Source: Pseudomonadota bacterium (GTDB lineage: Bacteria; Campylobacterota; Campylobacteria; Campylobacterales; Sulfurimonadaceae). Taken from it: a DNA stretch of 64,000 bases. Shown here piece by piece: positions 59,864-64,000 of the stretch (within the stretch, counting starts at the first letter, position 1; the number at the start of each line of letters is the position of its first letter). The translations under genes were made by a program, and so were the position numbers. The notes under the pieces are model-generated. The model was given only the letters and a program-made list of their open reading frames with translations, did not search any database and was not told the DNA's origin. The stretch lies in assembly GCA_043797085.1 (NCBI GenBank), contig JAZDQA010000006.1, positions 148,191 to 212,190 of the forward strand, given 5' to 3'.

Positions 59864-60708
59864 TTATTTTAAATGACAACGAACTCGAAAATTTACTTGC
59901 CGAAGATGTCCCCTACGGCGATTTAACGACCGCATCACTAGGGATCACCGACCAACGTGCCCGCATCACCTTTTCTACCCGTGAACGCCCTCTCGTCGTC
60001 TCGTGTACCGAAGAAGCGGTGCGATTGTGCGGACTCTACGGATTAGAGATCGACGGATTTGTTAAATCAGGAACCCTTGTCCCCCCTAAAAGCATCTTTC
60101 TCGAAGCCCACGGCGAAGCGGGCAATATCCACCGTATTTGGAAGTCTGTTCAAAACCTCCTCGATTACGCAAGCGGAATATCTACCTATACCCGCGAAGC
60201 GGTTTTATTAGCCCGTACCATCAACCCCGATATCGTTGTCGCTACTACCCGTAAAACCACCCCCTTTACGAAAAAAATCGCCATCAAAGCAGTCGAATCG
60301 GGCGGTGGAGTCGCACACCGTTTGGGTCTCTCAGAGAGCATCCTAATCTTCGATTACCATCGTGTTTTTTTCCCCGCTGAGGAAGCGTTTGCCGAAGCTC
60401 TCAACCGTGCTAAAAAAGCGAACCCTGAGAAAAAGATCGTCATGGAAGCGGGCGACATTGCCGAAGCACTCAAATTTGCCTCTATGGGAGCCGACATCCT
60501 CCAGTTGGAGAAATTTACCCTCACCAAACTCTCCGATGCCGTCCAAATTTTGCGCAACGACTATCCGCATATCACATTGATTGCCACAGGGGGAATCAGT
60601 GCCAAAAACATCGCCGAGTATGCGAGTACGGGTGTTGATATGATCGTCACCTCATCACCGTATAACGCACAGCCAGCTGATATAAAAGTGAGAATAGAAC
60701 CGTTATGA
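59860..60708 (+). CDS. modD: ModD protein (NadC/QPRTase-like)
   Basis: EDVPYGDLTT, TTRKTTPFTKK, HRLGLSESIL, ADILQLEKF; mod context. Confidence 0.88.
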   Translation: MIILNDNELENLLAEDVPYGDLTTASLGITDQRARITFSTRERPLVVSCTEEAVRLCGLYGLEIDGFVKSGTLVPPKSIFLEAHGEAGNIHRIWKSVQNLLDYASGISTYTREAVLLARTINPDIVVATTRKTTPFTKKIAIKAVESGGGVAHRLGLSESILIFDYHRVFFPAEEAFAEALNRAKKANPEKKIVMEAGDIAEALKFASMGADILQLEKFTLTKLSDAVQILRNDYPHITLIATGGISAKNIAEYASTGVDMIVTSSPYNAQPADIKVRIEPL

Positions 60709-61100
60709 ACACCCTAGCCGCAACCATCACCGCCGTGACTGCCTCCGAACACCTCAGCATCCTGACCGCTTCGGTGGGTGAGGATCATTTTCACCTCCTC
60801 CTCGCAGAACAGTACCATGATACGATAGGGACACCATTAACATTGGCATTTAAAGAGACCGAAGTGATTCTCTCTAAAAACTCAACCCAAACTACGGCTA
60901 ATTGTGGACATGCAACCGTACAAAAGATCGAGCAGGGAATCATCCTCTCCCAAATCACCCTCACCTATCATGAGACGACTCTTATAGCGTTGGTGCCGAC
61001 ACTGTCGTTTAATACCCTCGCAATAGGTGAAGGAGACGCTGTGAGCTGGATGGTGCAGCCCTCTGAAATTTCACTGCTTAGGGAACGTCATGGAATCTGA
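60705..61100 (+). CDS. TOBE domain protein
   Basis: MNTLAATI, AFKETEVIL, two OB-like halves; lacks the SARN motif. Confidence 0.7.
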   Translation: MNTLAATITAVTASEHLSILTASVGEDHFHLLLAEQYHDTIGTPLTLAFKETEVILSKNSTQTTANCGHATVQKIEQGIILSQITLTYHETTLIALVPTLSFNTLAIGEGDAVSWMVQPSEISLLRERHGI

Positions 61101-61764
61101 ATTTTTAAGTACGATGGCGCTGACGTTTAAACTTGCCGCCGTTACCACCGTGATCCTCCTTATCATTGGAATCCCCCTTGCTGCATTTTTGGTATTTAGT
61201 CGTATGCGGTTTAAAAGCATTATCGAAACCATCGTAAGTATGCCGCTCGTATTGCCACCATCCGTTTTAGGCTTTTATCTCCTCCTCGCCTTTAGCCCCG
61301 CTTCCGCAATCGGAAGCTTTCTGACTGAACACGGCATTCGATTAGCCTTTAGCTTCGAAGGGTTAGTGATCGGCTCCGTCCTCTTTAGCCTCCCGTTTAT
61401 GGTACACCCGATTCAGTCCGCCCTCGCAGGGGTTCCAAAATCGATCTTCGAAGCCTCTTATACCCTCGGGAAATCGAAACTGGAAACGATGATACGCGTT
61501 ATCCTCCCCTCTATCCGACATGGGTTGATCTCAGGGATCACCCTCGCGTTTGCCCACACCGTCGGAGAGTTCGGAGTGATACTCATGATCGGGGGAAATA
61601 TCCCCGATGAAACCCGCGTCGCCTCAATCGCCATCTATGATGAAGTGGAATCGCTTAACTACGCCATGGCACACCAATACGCACTTACCCTCTTTGTCGT
61701 GACGTTTGCGATACTGCTGCTTGTCTACACTCTCAATAAAAAATCACTCGGAGGAATTCGATGA
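61090..61764 (+). CDS. modB: Molybdate ABC permease
   Basis: PLVLPPSVLGFYLL, EASYTLG, FAHTVGEFG..GGNIP. Confidence 0.95.
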   Translation: MESEFLSTMALTFKLAAVTTVILLIIGIPLAAFLVFSRMRFKSIIETIVSMPLVLPPSVLGFYLLLAFSPASAIGSFLTEHGIRLAFSFEGLVIGSVLFSLPFMVHPIQSALAGVPKSIFEASYTLGKSKLETMIRVILPSIRHGLISGITLAFAHTVGEFGVILMIGGNIPDETRVASIAIYDEVESLNYAMAHQYALTLFVVTFAILLLVYTLNKKSLGGIR

Positions 61765-62636
61765 TAGTAGTTAATATTACTAAACGTCTCGACACTGCTG
61801 AGGGGTCTATTAACGCCCATTTTGAGCTTACCATTAATGACGGCGAATTTCTCACCCTCTTCGGTCCTTCAGGTGCCGGAAAGACAACTCTTATGAGGAT
61901 GATCTCAGGACTCGAAAAGCCTGATAGCGGAGTGATTGAAGTGGATGGTGAAATGTGGTTTAATAGCACAAAAAAGATTAATCTACCACCGCAAAAACGG
62001 AGTATCGGTTTTGTATTCCAAGACTATGCCCTCTTTCCGACGATGAGTGTCCGTGAAAACCTCCTCTTTGCCGCCGATAATGCTCAGCAACGATCCAATG
62101 TCGATGAGCTAATCGAACTGGTAGAACTCACGCAGCTCTCAGAGCGTCTCCCCTCTACCCTCTCTGGCGGTCAAAAACAGCGGGTTGCCCTTGCTCGTGC
62201 ATTGGTGCGTCGTCCAAAGATCTTGCTCCTCGATGAACCCCTCTCGGCGCTTGACCCTAGTATGCGCCAAAAACTTCAAGATGAACTCTCTCTCATCCAT
62301 GAGCGACTAGGCGTTACAACACTGCTTGTGAGCCACGATATTGCCGAAACAGTGAAACTCTCCGACCGTTTGGCGCAAGTAGAAACAGGACGAATCAAAC
62401 GCCTTTGTACCCCTATGGAGTTCTTTAGTCCCCAAAGCCTCAGCGGCAAACTTCAACTTATTGGAGAAGTATTAAAAATAGAAGAGGATTTTCCAATTTG
62501 GGTAGTAACTTTACTCGTAGGTTCATCGGTCGTACGTACGGTCTTGAGCAGTGAAGAAGTGAGGGGATTAAGTATTGGTGCTCACGCTATTATTGCTACC
62601 AAAGCATTTAATCCGATTGTAATGCCCCTCTCTTAG
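61761..62636 (+). CDS. modC: Molybdate ABC ATP-binding protein
   Basis: GPSGAGKTT, VFQDYALFP, LSGGQKQR, C-terminal TOBE. Confidence 0.9.
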   Translation: MIVVNITKRLDTAEGSINAHFELTINDGEFLTLFGPSGAGKTTLMRMISGLEKPDSGVIEVDGEMWFNSTKKINLPPQKRSIGFVFQDYALFPTMSVRENLLFAADNAQQRSNVDELIELVELTQLSERLPSTLSGGQKQRVALARALVRRPKILLLDEPLSALDPSMRQKLQDELSLIHERLGVTTLLVSHDIAETVKLSDRLAQVETGRIKRLCTPMEFFSPQSLSGKLQLIGEVLKIEEDFPIWVVTLLVGSSVVRTVLSSEEVRGLSIGAHAIIATKAFNPIVMPLS

Positions 62637-63172
62637 TTGCCAAACAATTTTTTAAACATTGATTTAAACATGCTCTCTTTGACTGCAATTTTATCAATGT
62701 ATTCATCGTACGTCATTTTTTTAGATTCTAAAAAATCCATCAAATATTTTTCAGAAGCATCCAACCCCTCAGCTTTTTCAACTCTTAAAAGCTCAGTATA
62801 AAGTTTAGAAATTTCATTCACCAAATGTTCACTTGCCGCATGACGGTGAGCAACATACCCGACAATACGATTTTCATACGGGTGCTTACGAATTTCAAAG
62901 TGCGTTGTAACCCAATAATAGTCACCATTTTTCGCTAAATTTTTCACAACCGCAAAAATATCTTTATTCTCTTTAAGACGACTCCACATCAATTTAAAAA
63001 TAACCGCCGGCATATCAGGATGACGGATAATATTGTGTGAACGGTGAATTAATTCACCGGATTGATATCCTGAAATTTCAATAAAATCCTTATTTACATA
63101 TTCTATAATACCTGACATGTCTGTTCGACTAACAATAAGTGTTTGAGGATCGAGTTTAATTTGTGAGTTCAT
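62633..63172 (-). CDS. Stand-alone PAS domain protein (CetB-like)
   Basis: IVSRTD..G.IEYVN, HNIIRHPDMP, KNGDYYWV. Confidence 0.88.
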   Translation of the reverse strand: MNSQIKLDPQTLIVSRTDMSGIIEYVNKDFIEISGYQSGELIHRSHNIIRHPDMPAVIFKLMWSRLKENKDIFAVVKNLAKNGDYYWVTTHFEIRKHPYENRIVGYVAHRHAASEHLVNEISKLYTELLRVEKAEGLDASEKYLMDFLESKKMTYDEYIDKIAVKESMFKSMFKKLFGN

Positions 63173-63370
63173 TTTTAAATTTTCCGTGTTTTAATAATCT
63201 ATAATATTGTACTCATTTATACAATTAATTTAATTATATTAATTGTATAAGTTTTATACAAAATGGGAAATTTGCCCGTATTAAAGATGAAGAATATAAC
63301 TTAATGTTTTGCTTATCGAATTTTTGATATAACGTCAGTTAATATTTAAATTAGAGTTAAGGATTTTCTC

Positions 63371-63856
63371 ATGACCATCACAAAAGACTGCCTTGTCACT
63401 GTCGATTATCACATCAATGATACAGAGGGAAAACTCCTTCACGAAGAAGAAGAACCTATTATTTATCTGCACGGTAACTACGGTCATATTTTTAAAACTA
63501 TAGAAGACGTTTTAGAGGGAAAAAGTATCGGTGATACATTCAAAATAGTCCTAAACGCAGAACAAGCATTTGGTCAATATGATCCTGAATTGATTTTGAC
63601 TGAAAACTTAAGCGAACTCCCAGAGGGATTAAGCGTCGGGATGGAAATAGACGGGTACATGGATGATGACTCTGAAGACATAACGATTTATATGGTTTCC
63701 GAAATAGACGGCGACAAAGCTACACTTGATGGAAATCACCCCCTTGCAGGAATGGATCTCATCTTTGAAGGGACGGTCTTAGATATCCACGAAGCGTCCA
63801 AGGAAGAAATTCATGAGATATTAAATCATGAGCATGGATGTGGATGTGATCATTAA
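63371..63856 (+). CDS. slyD: FKBP-type peptidyl-prolyl isomerase SlyD
   Basis: DGNHPLAG, His/Cys tail HEHGCGCDH. Confidence 0.9.
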   Translation: MTITKDCLVTVDYHINDTEGKLLHEEEEPIIYLHGNYGHIFKTIEDVLEGKSIGDTFKIVLNAEQAFGQYDPELILTENLSELPEGLSVGMEIDGYMDDDSEDITIYMVSEIDGDKATLDGNHPLAGMDLIFEGTVLDIHEASKEEIHEILNHEHGCGCDH

Positions 63857-63859
63857 TTA

Positions 63860-64000
63860 GGGGAGCGTTAGAAATTCTGTGTCAATCCAGTAGAATATCA
63901 ACTACTCAAGGACAGACACATGGAACTAACACTAGATACACAGGCAATATTGCAACAAATTCGTGAGGGCAAAGCTCTCACAGGAAAAGATGGTGCGCTA
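63860..64000 (+). mobile_element. IS256-family insertion sequence, left end (truncated by window)
   Basis: Terminal-repeat-like GGGGAGCGTTAGAAATTCTGTGT followed by an SD and a transposase start. Confidence 0.7.
63920..64000 (+). CDS. IS256-family transposase N-terminus (partial)
   Basis: Hand translation MELTLDTQAILQQIREGKALTGKDGAL; LTGKDG is typical of IS256 transposase N-termini. Confidence 0.7.
   Translation, partial: MELTLDTQAILQQIREGKALTGKDGAL

Noticed and set aside
59860..60708. nadC
   Set aside because: Motifs (TTRKTTPFTKK, HRLGLSE, LQLEKF) and the mod context fit ModD better.
1..64000. CRISPR array or rRNA
   Set aside because: No regularly spaced repeat-spacer pattern or rRNA-like sequence seen.

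Overview
Chromosomal window from a Campylobacterota (epsilon-proteobacterial) genome; gene content and order suggest a Sulfuricurvum/Sulfurimonas-like organism (inference). It has four blocks. (1) 1-14394 is a genomic island at the 3' end of tRNA-Leu(CAA) (14395-14478, minus strand), with every gene on the minus strand. It holds a 30-codon tyrosine-integrase C-terminal remnant, a two-gene operon (AbiEi-like wHTH fused to a gamma-glutamylcyclotransferase, followed by an amidoligase) with a perfect inverted-repeat operator over its promoter, a hypothetical gene, an excisionase-like HTH, RNase HI coupled to a primase-less helicase, DUF932, a Gp157-like protein, Rad52/Sak, DUF2958, a long G-T/G-U-paired hairpin and a type I R-M operon (hsdM-hsdS-rhuM-hsdR) running off the left edge. 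(2) 14.6-43.0 kb is mostly housekeeping: flgL, ftsK with a probable ATT start, acnB, dbpA, a PAS/MCP pair, gap, hisG, coaX, a XerD-like recombinase, gatC, pilT, perR, class II DAHP synthase, GGDEF, cvpA, fur, lysS, glyA, trpE-like and aroE. (3) 43.0-62.6 kb is a molybdenum locus. modE and modA are separated from modD/modB/modC by about 14 kb encoding a porin, a globin, TonB, two TonB-dependent receptors, a MolABC-like type II ABC importer, a luciferase-like monooxygenase, a TupA-like binding protein, an MbnH-like di-heme enzyme and a methyltransferase, with repeated ModE-type boxes. (4) A PAS protein, slyD and the left end of an IS256-family element. The best candidates for undescribed systems are the wHTH-GGCT/amidoligase writer-eraser module and the ModE-controlled TonB/enzyme cluster. 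All family assignments come from motif recognition by eye, not database searches.
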